Assembly (NCBI GenBank): GCA_035249905.1
Contig: DATFFT010000111.1
Coordinates: forward strand, 12,967-76,966
Direction of reading: 5' to 3'
Origin: Actinomycetota bacterium
Lineage (GTDB): Bacteria; Actinomycetota; UBA4738; HRBIN12
DNA length: 64,000 nucleotides
Shown here in pieces: positions 32,180-40,040 of this stretch. The notes under the pieces are model-generated. The model was given only the letters and a program-made list of their open reading frames with translations. It did no database searches and was not told the origin of the DNA. Both the position numbers and the translations under genes were made by a program. Each line of letters begins with the position of its first letter. Position 1 is the first letter of the stretch.

Positions 32180-33592
32180 CTAGCCGACCGAGCCTTCCAT
32201 CTGCAGCTCGACGAGGCGGTTCAGCTCGACCGCGTACTCCATCGGCAGCTCGCGCGTGATCGGCTCGATGAAGCCGTTCACGATCATCGCGGTGGCCTCC
32301 ACCTCGGAGAGCCCTCGGCTCATCAGGTAGAAGAGCTGGTCCTCGCCGACCTTCGAGACCGTGGCCTCGTGGCCGAGCGCAGCCGTCTCCTCTTCGACCT
32401 CGATGTAGGGGTAGGTGTCGCTGCGGCTCTCCTCGTCGAGGATCAGCGCGTCGCAGCGCACGTTCGACTTCGCGTGGTGCGCGTCGGGCTCGACGCGGAT
32501 CAGGCCCCGGTATCCCGTGCGGCCACCGTCCTTCGAGACGGACTTCGACGTGATCACGCTCGTGGTGTGCGGCGCCACGTGGATCGCCTTGCCGCCGGCG
32601 TCGGTGTGCATGCCCTTGCCCGCGTAAGCGACCGACAGCACCTCGCCGCGCGCACCCTCGCCCATCAGGTAGATCGACGGGTACTTCATCGTGACCTTCG
32701 ATCCGATGTTTCCGTCGACCCATTCCATGACGGCGTCCTCATGCGCCACGGCGCGCTTGGTCACCAGGTTGTACACGTTGGTCGACCAGTTCTGGATCGT
32801 CGTGTACCGCACCCGCGAGCCCTTCTTGCAGATGATCTCGACGACCGCCGAATGCAGCGAGTCACCCGTGTAGATCGGGGCGGAACAGCCCTCGACGTAG
32901 TGCACGTACGAGCCCTCGTCGGCGATGATCAGTGTCCGCTCGAACTGGCCCATGTTCTCGGCGTTGATGCGGAAGTAGGCCTGCAGCGGGATGTCGACAT
33001 GCACGCCCGGCGGCACGTAGATGAACGAGCCGCCCGACCACACGGCCGAGTTCAGCGACGCGAACTTGTTGTCGTTGGGTGGGATCACCGTGCCGAAGTA
33101 CTCGCGCACGAGATCGGGGTGGTCGCGCACCGCACTGTCCATGTCGGTGAACAGCACACCCATCTGGTCGAGCTCGTCCTTGATCTTGTGGTAGACGACC
33201 TCGCTCTCGTACTGCGCGCTCACGCCGCCCAGGTACTTCTGCTCGGCCTCGGGCAGGCCCAGCTTGTCCCACGTGCCCCGGATGTCCTCGGGCAGCTCGT
33301 CCCAGTTGGCCGCCTGCTTCTCCGTCGAGCGGATGAAGTAGTAGATGTCCTGGAAGTCGATGTCGGAGAGGTCTGCGCCCCACCAGGGCATCGGGCGCAT
33401 GTCGAAGTAGCGCAGCGCCTTCAGGCGGAACTTCCGCATCCAGTCGGGCTCGCTCTTGAGCGCCGAGATCTCCTCGACCACGTGCTCGTCGAGCCCCTTC
33501 TTCGGCTCGAAGACGGCGTGGGACGGGTCCTTCCAGTCGAAGCGGTAGCCCTTGGCGAGCTCCTCGAGGTGCTCTTGCTGCGTGACGGACAT
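32180..33592 (-). CDS. sufB: Fe-S cluster assembly protein SufB
   Basis: 470 aa with strong SufB similarity throughout (EGCSAP...RCDALILD...HEATVSKV). No intein insertion. Confidence 0.97.
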   Translation of the reverse strand: MSVTQQEHLEELAKGYRFDWKDPSHAVFEPKKGLDEHVVEEISALKSEPDWMRKFRLKALRYFDMRPMPWWGADLSDIDFQDIYYFIRSTEKQAANWDELPEDIRGTWDKLGLPEAEQKYLGGVSAQYESEVVYHKIKDELDQMGVLFTDMDSAVRDHPDLVREYFGTVIPPNDNKFASLNSAVWSGGSFIYVPPGVHVDIPLQAYFRINAENMGQFERTLIIADEGSYVHYVEGCSAPIYTGDSLHSAVVEIICKKGSRVRYTTIQNWSTNVYNLVTKRAVAHEDAVMEWVDGNIGSKVTMKYPSIYLMGEGARGEVLSVAYAGKGMHTDAGGKAIHVAPHTTSVITSKSVSKDGGRTGYRGLIRVEPDAHHAKSNVRCDALILDEESRSDTYPYIEVEEETAALGHEATVSKVGEDQLFYLMSRGLSEVEATAMIVNGFIEPITRELPMEYAVELNRLVELQMEGSVG

Positions 33593-33656
33593 CGGTAGCG
33601 GATCTCCTCGCGCTCGATCGTCGGACCGCTCACCTGCGGTGGTGCGAACACTTCCG

Positions 33657-33686
33657 ATGCTACCCGCGGAACACGCTCAAAGTCCA
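33657..33686 (-). promoter_or_regulatory. candidate sigma-A-type promoter of the suf operon (-35 TGGACT, 18 nt, -10 TAGCAT)
   Basis: Read on the minus strand 65-95 nt upstream of the sufB ATG. The -10 fits actinobacterial TANNNT. Sequence match only. Confidence 0.25.
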
Positions 33687-33759
33687 CCTGGCCGGTGGGA
33701 TTTGCGTCTGGCGTCAGCGGTGCATACCCTTCACCGACTTCGACGAGGGAGGATGCAGC

Positions 33760-33933
33760 ATGGCTTCGGCTAACAGGGGGGGGCGCGCGCGAGAGCTCAC
33801 GACCCGCGTACTGCCGGTGCTCATCGCCGTGGGCGCGCTCGCGGTCGCAGCGACGACCGGAGATTCGTGGGCGGTTCGGTCGATCCTGGTGTTGGTCGCC
33901 GGCGACGTGGCGGTGCGTCTCTGGCGAGCGTGA
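33760..33933 (+). CDS. small membrane protein (57 aa), hypothetical
   Basis: Not in track (under 60 aa). GGAGGA lies 6 nt upstream of ATG 33760. MASANRGGRARELTTRVLPVLIAVGALAVAATTGDSWAVRSILVLVAGDVAVRLWRA. The stop overlaps the PAP2 GTG (GTGA). Confidence 0.35.
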   Translation: MASANRGGRARELTTRVLPVLIAVGALAVAATTGDSWAVRSILVLVAGDVAVRLWRA

Positions 33934-34559
33934 CGCGGCGGCGCATCGACGCCGTCGCCCTGGTGGGAGGTCTCGCCCTCCTCGTGATCTGCGCCGTCCC
34001 GGCCTCGAGCGGCCGCGTCGGTGAGACCGAACGCTCCGTGTTGGAGGCCATCAACGGCCTGCCCGACGCCCTCGAGCCGGCGATGCTCGCGGCGCAGTTC
34101 CTCGGCGTGCTCGCGATCGGACCGGTCGTCGCGCTGGTCGCCCTCCTCGCGAGGCGGCCGCGCCTGGCTGTCGCCGCCCTGATGGTCACCGCCGGCAAGC
34201 TGGTCGCCGAGCGCATCGTCTGGGAGGTCGTCCATCGCGAGCGACCCGGGGCGACCACGGCCGACGCGATCGTGCGGGGCGGCTCACCGACCGCAGGGGT
34301 CTCGTTCGTCAGCGGGCACGTCGTGCTCCTGGCCGGGCTCGCGTGGGTCGCGGCGCCCTACCTCCGGGGGCGATGGCGGGTGCTCCCCTGGCTGCTCGTC
34401 GCGCTCGTCGCCTTCGCACGCGTGTACCTGGGCGCCCACAACCCGCTCGACGTGGCCGGAGGGTTCGGCCTGGGGGTCGCGATCGGCGGGGCAGTGAACC
34501 TCGCGCTGGGAGTGCCGCAGGCGGGGGCCGTCGGGCCCCCGCCTGCGCGGAACGCGTGA
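33930..34559 (+). CDS. PAP2-family phosphatase (membrane)
   Basis: SFVSGH and ARVYLGAHNPLD (PAP2 motifs C2/C3) with multiple TM segments. Start GTG 33930 inferred inside track ORF 33867..34559. Confidence 0.8.
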   Translation: MTRRRIDAVALVGGLALLVICAVPASSGRVGETERSVLEAINGLPDALEPAMLAAQFLGVLAIGPVVALVALLARRPRLAVAALMVTAGKLVAERIVWEVVHRERPGATTADAIVRGGSPTAGVSFVSGHVVLLAGLAWVAAPYLRGRWRVLPWLLVALVAFARVYLGAHNPLDVAGGFGLGVAIGGAVNLALGVPQAGAVGPPPARNA

Positions 34560-34571
34560 GGTCGAGCTCGG

Positions 34572-35420
34572 CTACCCGCCGAGCTCGACCGGTGCTCCCA
34601 CGAGCGAGCCGTACTCGGTCCAGGAACCGTCGTAGTTCTTGACGTTCTCGTAGCCCAGCAGCTCCTGCAGCGCGAACCACGTGTGGCTCGACCGTTCGCC
34701 GATACGGCAGTACGCCACGATCTCACGGTCGGGCGTGATGCCCTGGGACTCGTAGATCTCGCGCAGCTCGTCGGCGCTCTTGAACGTGCCGTCGTCGTTG
34801 GCCGCCTGGGCCCACGGGATGTTGGCCGCGCCCGCGATGTGGCCGGGCACCTGCGACTGCTCCTGGGGCAGGTGGTCGGGCGCCAGCTTCTCACCTCGGT
34901 ACTCCTCGGGCGACCGCACGTCGACGAATCCGCTCGGCCCGCCGACCTGGTCGATCACCTCGTCGCGGAGCCCGCGGATCTCGGGCCGCTCTGCGCCGGA
35001 GATCGTGAATCCGGTCGCTTCGTGGGACGGCACGTCCTGCACGAGCTCGCGGCTCTCGAGCTCCCACTTCTTCCGGCCACCGTTGAGCAGCTTGACGGCG
35101 TCGAACCCCCGGAGCTTGAGCAGCCAGTACGCGTATGCCGCGAACCAGTTGTTGTTGCCCCCGTAGAGCACGACGGTCGTGTCGTCGCCGACGCCGGCTT
35201 CCGAGAGCAACCGCGAGAAGCCGGCCCGGTCCTGGAAGTCCCGGCCGACCTCGCTGTGCAGATCCTTGCTCCAATCCCACGTGACCGCGCCGCGGATGTG
35301 GCCCTTGGCGTACGCGGTGGTGTCCTCGTCGACCTCGATCAACCGAAGGCCCGGATCGTCGAGATGTTCCTCCAGCCAGTCAGTGCTCACCAGCACGTCG
35401 GGCTTCGCGTAGTCCGTCAT
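34572..35420 (-). CDS. thiosulfate/3-mercaptopyruvate sulfurtransferase (tandem rhodanese)
   Basis: 282 aa. Two rhodanese domains with active-site loop YCRIGERSSH. GGAGGAAGG SD lies upstream of ATG 35420. Confidence 0.9.
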   Translation of the reverse strand: MTDYAKPDVLVSTDWLEEHLDDPGLRLIEVDEDTTAYAKGHIRGAVTWDWSKDLHSEVGRDFQDRAGFSRLLSEAGVGDDTTVVLYGGNNNWFAAYAYWLLKLRGFDAVKLLNGGRKKWELESRELVQDVPSHEATGFTISGAERPEIRGLRDEVIDQVGGPSGFVDVRSPEEYRGEKLAPDHLPQEQSQVPGHIAGAANIPWAQAANDDGTFKSADELREIYESQGITPDREIVAYCRIGERSSHTWFALQELLGYENVKNYDGSWTEYGSLVGAPVELGG

Positions 35421-35456
35421 GTCGTTCGGTCCTTCCTCCCCCAGGGGAACGAGAAC

Positions 35457-35478
35457 GGCGGCCGCTGGTGCGGCCGCC
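35457..35478 (-). terminator. terminator/attenuator-like hairpin in the sulfurtransferase leader
   Basis: Minus strand GGCGGCCGC-ACCA-GCGGCCGCC (9 bp, all GC) followed by GUUCUCGUU. Lies 37-58 nt upstream of ATG 35420. Confidence 0.35.
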
Positions 35479-35514
35479 GGATGCACGGGAACGATGGGTG
35501 CCGAGAGACGTGGT

Positions 35515-35586
35515 TCAGGGGCCGCGTGAGGTGGGCGTCTCCCGGACGATGCGGGCCATCGGACAGCACAGGCGGGACGGGATCAT
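35515..35586 (-). CDS. candidate leader peptide sORF (23 codons, tandem Cys)
   Basis: Own translation: MIPSRLCCPMARIVRETPTSRGP. GGAGG lies 8 nt upstream of ATG 35586. Confidence 0.3.
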   Translation of the reverse strand: MIPSRLCCPMARIVRETPTSRGP

Positions 35587-35718
35587 GGCCGCCACCTCCC
35601 CGATGCACCTGGTCCGGACCAAATCACACCTCCGGGGTCGGGATTCGCAGGTGCAATAGGTATCGCACGGATCCGCGGGGCGTCAAGCCGCTCTCGGGTG
35701 GACGTCGGCACCGACGGA

Positions 35719-36093
35719 TCAGAAGATGCCCAGGGCCGCCTTGGCCTCGTCGGACATCATCTCCGGCGTCCAGGGCGGGCGGAGCACGAACTCCGGACGA
35801 ACCTCTTCGACACCGGCGACCCCTTGCAGGAAGGAGCGCATCTGGTCTTCGATGAGCGGGCCGATCGGGCAGCCCATCGTCGTCAAGGAGTACTGGATGT
35901 CGACGCCGCCGTCGTCGTCGACCTGCACGTCGTAGACGAGTCCCAGGTCGACGATGTTCAGGCCGAGCTCGGGGTCGTAGACGTTCTTCAGCGCCTCGAG
36001 CACGGTATCTCGTGTGTCGCCGGGGACCGTCGAGGGCGCCTCCGACGCCGGAGCCGTGTCGTTTCCGGGGTCAACCGCGATCTCTTCGTGCAT
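35719..36093 (-). CDS. sufT: DUF59/SufT-like metal-sulfur cluster assembly factor
   Basis: 124 aa. VYDPELGLNIVDLGLVY...TTMGCP matches the MIP18/DUF59 family. Confidence 0.85.
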   Translation of the reverse strand: MHEEIAVDPGNDTAPASEAPSTVPGDTRDTVLEALKNVYDPELGLNIVDLGLVYDVQVDDDGGVDIQYSLTTMGCPIGPLIEDQMRSFLQGVAGVEEVRPEFVLRPPWTPEMMSDEAKAALGIF

Positions 36094-36172
36094 GCGCGCA
36101 TCCTGACTCGAGTCGTCCTATCCTGAACAGCGTACCCGCACTTCCCCACAGCGAAGGAGTGTGTTCGTCCAG

Positions 36173-36826
36173 ATGTCGCCCGAGTCACCGATCCGCGCGT
36201 TGATCGTGGACGACCACCCCGTGACCCGCGAGGGCCTCCGAACCGCCCTGGAGCTTTCCGAGGAGGTCGTGGTGGTGGTCGGCGAAGCGGCCACCGGCGA
36301 GGAAGCGGTCGAGCGAGCCCGTGAGCTCACCCCCGACGTCGTCTTCATGGACGTGCGCATGCCGGGCATGGACGGCATCGAGGCCACTCGGCGCATCCGC
36401 CAAGCGGCCCCCACGACCAAGATCATCCTGATCACGATCGACGAGTCCCGGGGAGCGATCAGCGACGCGATCCAGGCCGGTGTCTCGGGATACCTGCTGA
36501 AGGATGCGTCGCCTGACGCCCTCGTCGACGCCGCTCGCAACGCGATCGAAGGCAACGCCGTTATCCATCCACAGCTGACGAAGACGTTCATCGAGGAGGT
36601 CAGGCTGGGCGAAGGGGAAGGGCCGCGGGCGGCTCCGTTGTCGAAGCGCGAGCGCGAGATCCTGCAGAAGGTCGCCGACGGATCCACCACCAGGCAGGTC
36701 GCGACCGAGCTGGGGATCTCCCCGCACACCGTGAAGACCCACCTCGAGCGCATCTTCGAGAAACTCGGCGCGAACGACCGTGCTCAGGCGGTCGCGATCG
36801 CGATCCGCACGGGCATCGTGCACTGA
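36173..36826 (+). CDS. NarL/LuxR-family response regulator
   Basis: IRALIVDDHPVTREGL, DVVFMDVRMPGMDG, and a C-terminal LuxR HTH (LSKREREILQKVADGSTTRQVATELGISPHTVKTHL). GTG 36161 is an alternative start. Confidence 0.9.
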   Translation: MSPESPIRALIVDDHPVTREGLRTALELSEEVVVVVGEAATGEEAVERARELTPDVVFMDVRMPGMDGIEATRRIRQAAPTTKIILITIDESRGAISDAIQAGVSGYLLKDASPDALVDAARNAIEGNAVIHPQLTKTFIEEVRLGEGEGPRAAPLSKREREILQKVADGSTTRQVATELGISPHTVKTHLERIFEKLGANDRAQAVAIAIRTGIVH

Positions 36827-36885
36827 GCTCCGGCGCCACGCGACCGCGCTCAACCCGCCCGTTCGCGAGCCGATATCGAGAGCAC

Positions 36886-38073
36886 ATGGTCTGTTCCGTG
36901 CTGCTCTGCGATACGGCGACGGAGATATCGGCGCTCAACGATGCCACGATCGTCGAACCGGATCTCGTCGTCGAGGTCACGACCGACGCGGGTCGCGCGC
37001 TCGAGATGGCCGCGCGTTCACGCCCCCACGTGGTCGTGTGCCGCCTGTCGATGGAGGGATTCGCGGGCGTCGAGCTGCTGGGGCGCCTTCAAGCATCCTC
37101 TCCCGTGTCCCGCATCGTGACTCGCGTCCGCGCCGAGGACGCGCTGCGAGCCGCCTCGTGCTTGACCGGAGGGGCGAGCGGCGTGGCGGCCACCGACGAC
37201 GATCCATCCGACGTGGTCGAGGTGATCCGCGCGGTGACGGCGGGCGCGGTCGCCGTCTCGCCGCGCATCGCCCGCTCGCTGGGGCAGGCGCTCACCGGCG
37301 CTGCCGGCGACGTGGATCGGTTGACTGGGGAGCTCGACGAGATCCGGGCGAGCGTATCGGCGGGTACGTCCGCCAAAGCGGACTTCCTCTCGAACGTCTC
37401 TCACGAGCTCCGGACGCCGGTGACGGTGGCCAAAGGCATCGCCTACGTGCTGCGGAACCCGGCGGTGGGAACGGACGAGCGAGCTGAGTTCCTCGACCAG
37501 CTCCAGGGATCGCTCGACAAGCTCATGAGCATCGTCGACGAGATCATCACGATGTCCGAGCTCGAACGCGGCACCTTCGGGCTCACGCTCGGTGAGATCG
37601 ATCTCGCCGAGACGGCGCGCCGGGCGGTCGCCGCGGCGCGCGAACATCATCCGGAGGTCACGATCGACGCCTCGATCACGCCGGAGCTGCACACGGTGGC
37701 GGACGAGTCTCGTCTCGAAGGGGTGATCGGCGAGCTCCTCGACAACGCCTGTCGGTACTCTCCCGAGGGTGCAACCGTCGAGCTCTCCGCGCGTGCGATG
37801 TCCGAGGGGATCGTCGTGAGCATCACCGATCGGGGCGAGGGACTCGACCGGACCGTGGCGAGGCGATCGTTCGAGGAACCGTTCTCGACCGGTGAGGGTG
37901 TGCTCCGCAAGGAGAAGTCCGGCGTCGGCGCCGGGTTGCACCTGGCTCGCCAGCTCGTGGTCGAGCACGGGGGCACGTTGTGGACCGACCCCCTCCCGGG
38001 GGGCGGCACCCGCGCGGCCTTCTGCATCCCACCGCTGGACCGGCGCACGAGCTCTCCGGCGGGCGCCGCGTAG
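36886..38073 (+). CDS. soluble histidine kinase with N-terminal degenerate (pseudo-)receiver domain
   Basis: H-box FLSNVSHELRTPV. HATPase N/G boxes (LLDNACRY, DRGEGL, GVGAGLHLA). No TM segments. The N-terminal 130 aa are receiver-like, with Arg at the phospho-Asp position (VVVCRLSMEG). Confidence 0.85.
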   Translation: MVCSVLLCDTATEISALNDATIVEPDLVVEVTTDAGRALEMAARSRPHVVVCRLSMEGFAGVELLGRLQASSPVSRIVTRVRAEDALRAASCLTGGASGVAATDDDPSDVVEVIRAVTAGAVAVSPRIARSLGQALTGAAGDVDRLTGELDEIRASVSAGTSAKADFLSNVSHELRTPVTVAKGIAYVLRNPAVGTDERAEFLDQLQGSLDKLMSIVDEIITMSELERGTFGLTLGEIDLAETARRAVAAAREHHPEVTIDASITPELHTVADESRLEGVIGELLDNACRYSPEGATVELSARAMSEGIVVSITDRGEGLDRTVARRSFEEPFSTGEGVLRKEKSGVGAGLHLARQLVVEHGGTLWTDPLPGGGTRAAFCIPPLDRRTSSPAGAA

Positions 38074-38172
38074 CGCCCCGTCGAGGCTCCGCGTCGTCGC
38101 GAGGCCGAGGCGTCGTTCGGCGCCCGCTGGCGGACACCGCCCGAGTGGCCTATCCTCTCCCAGGGGTCGCGT

Positions 38173-38877
38173 GTGCGTAGAGCCGTCGTAGGCATCGCCT
38201 TCACCCTTATGGGCACCGGGTGCGTCGCACCCTCGGTCGACGACACCCCCGATCCCGTCGATCGGATCGAGATCCTCTCCTCCCCGACGCCGTTCACGCA
38301 GGTCACGGCCGGGCACGTCTCGGCGATCGTGCCCGATGGCTGGGAGGCACACCCCGCGGTGGGTAGCGGTTCGCGCAGCGGCTTCCTCGCCTCTCCTCAT
38401 CCCGATCGGTGGCGGCGCATGGATGGCGGGGTCGCCGGCATGTCGGCGACGTGGGTCGACGCCACCCGTATCGGCATGCCCTCGGACTTCTACTACCTGG
38501 CGGCCACCGGCCCACTGCTCGCAGGCCTGACCGAGTCCGAACGCTGCAGGGCGGGGCCGCTGCGCGTGTTCGTCGACCGGCGCCCCGACTTCACGATGAC
38601 CGGCCCGAGCCAAGGCGATTACGTCGCGCGGGGAGAAGGCACCTGCCGGGTGCGGGGCATCAGGACGCAGTGGGCGTACTTCGTGGCCGCCCCCGGGTAC
38701 GGCCCCGTGCACGAGGTCGGCATCCCGGCGTCGGGGCTGTACGTGGTGGTCGCCGTCACCCCTCAGGGCAAGCGTGCGACGGCGCTGCTCGACCGCCTGA
38801 TCCGCCACACCTCGTTCGGCGGGTCATCGGTCGGCGACCTGGTCGCGGCGGCCGGCGGGAAGCTCCGGGCGCGCTGA
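38173..38877 (+). CDS. hypothetical lipoprotein
   Basis: 234 aa. N-terminus MRRAVVGIAFTLMGTGC is signal plus lipobox-like. I recognise no family. Confidence 0.6.
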   Translation: MRRAVVGIAFTLMGTGCVAPSVDDTPDPVDRIEILSSPTPFTQVTAGHVSAIVPDGWEAHPAVGSGSRSGFLASPHPDRWRRMDGGVAGMSATWVDATRIGMPSDFYYLAATGPLLAGLTESERCRAGPLRVFVDRRPDFTMTGPSQGDYVARGEGTCRVRGIRTQWAYFVAAPGYGPVHEVGIPASGLYVVVAVTPQGKRATALLDRLIRHTSFGGSSVGDLVAAAGGKLRAR

Positions 38878-38878
38878 C

Positions 38879-40000
38879 TCATCCCCGGGGGTCACGGTCC
38901 ACGAACGGGGGCCTGACCACCTCGGCGGCTCCCCGCCTGCCACGGATGTCGACCTCGACGGTTCCGCCCGACCCGACGACGTCCGACGGCCACAGGTAGG
39001 CGAGGCCGATCCCGGTCTGCAGCAGGGGCGAGAACGTGCCGCTCGTCACCTCCCCGATCAGCCGGTCGCCCTCGAACACCGGGTAGTGCGCCCGCGGGAT
39101 GTGCCGGCGTTCGCGCATCCTGAGCCCCGCCAGCCGGCTCGGCAGCCCGTCCCGCCGCTGCCGAAGGAGCGACGAGCGTCCCCGGAAGTCGCCCTTGTCG
39201 AACGAGACCGCCCAGGACAACCCCGCCTCGAGCGCGGTGACCGACTCGAACAGGTCCTGGCCGTACAGCGGATATCCCATCTCGAGCCTGAGAACGTCCC
39301 GCGCCGCCAACCCGCAGGGAGCGCCATCGAAGGGCTCCATGACCTCGAGGAGCGCCGTCCACAGGTCGTGGGCGACATCCTGGAACGTGAACAGCTCGAA
39401 CCCGACCTCGCCCGTGTACCCGGAGCGGGTCACGATCACCGGCCGTCGTTTGAACTCGGACTCGCTGCACTGCATGAACGAGAGATCGCCCGCCTCGGGG
39501 AACAGCTGCTGCATGACCGCCGTGGAATCCGGGCCTTGAACCGCGAGGAAACACCAGTCCTGGTGATACATCAGGTGCACCCGCTCGTCGGCAGGCGCCT
39601 CCTCGAGGATCTGCAGCACTCGCTGGGCGTTGGCGGCGTTCGGCACGACGAAGTACCGCCGGTCCCCGAGCCGATAGACGATCAGGTCCTCGATCACCCC
39701 ACCGCCTTCGTTCAGCACGAGGTTGTAGAGCGCCTCGCCGACGGCTGCCTTCGACACGTCGTTCGTCACGACACCTTGGAGCAGCCCGACCGCCCCGGCG
39801 CCTGTGACCTCGACCTTGCCCAGATGTGTGAGGTCGAACAGGCCGACCCGCTGACGGACCGTCTCGTGCTCCTTGAGCGCGCCGGCGTATTCGATCGGCA
39901 TGAGCCAACCCGCGAACGGACCCAGCTTCGCGCCGAGCGCCTGGTGCTCCGCCTCGAGGGGGGTGTGCTGCAGCTGGGCGGGCTCGTCCACGCGGCGCAT
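38879..40000 (-). CDS. gcvT: glycine cleavage system aminomethyltransferase
   Basis: 373 aa. FAGWLMPIEY...VGLFDLTHLGKVEV...GYTGE are typical GcvT motifs. Confidence 0.95.
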   Translation of the reverse strand: MRRVDEPAQLQHTPLEAEHQALGAKLGPFAGWLMPIEYAGALKEHETVRQRVGLFDLTHLGKVEVTGAGAVGLLQGVVTNDVSKAAVGEALYNLVLNEGGGVIEDLIVYRLGDRRYFVVPNAANAQRVLQILEEAPADERVHLMYHQDWCFLAVQGPDSTAVMQQLFPEAGDLSFMQCSESEFKRRPVIVTRSGYTGEVGFELFTFQDVAHDLWTALLEVMEPFDGAPCGLAARDVLRLEMGYPLYGQDLFESVTALEAGLSWAVSFDKGDFRGRSSLLRQRRDGLPSRLAGLRMRERRHIPRAHYPVFEGDRLIGEVTSGTFSPLLQTGIGLAYLWPSDVVGSGGTVEVDIRGRRGAAEVVRPPFVDRDPRG

Positions 40001-40040
40001 CGTAGCCGCTCGCGAGAAGCCCGGTAGACTGGCTCGTCGG

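Noticed and set aside
35610-35621. 12-bp perfect palindrome TGGTCCGGACCA
   Set aside because: By a rough estimate, tens of 6+6 palindromes are expected by chance in 64 kb at this GC content. There is no second copy or obvious regulator.
35421-35718. Known riboswitch (for example SAM-IV or SAM-I) in the sulfurtransferase leader
   Set aside because: I could not find the conserved SAM-IV or SAM-I core sequences by eye. The leader is kept only as an attenuator candidate.
40001-40040. Expected glycine riboswitch upstream of gcvT
   Set aside because: Only 40 nt separate the divergent gcvT and lpdA starts, too short for even a single glycine aptamer. I saw no aptamer-like sequence.
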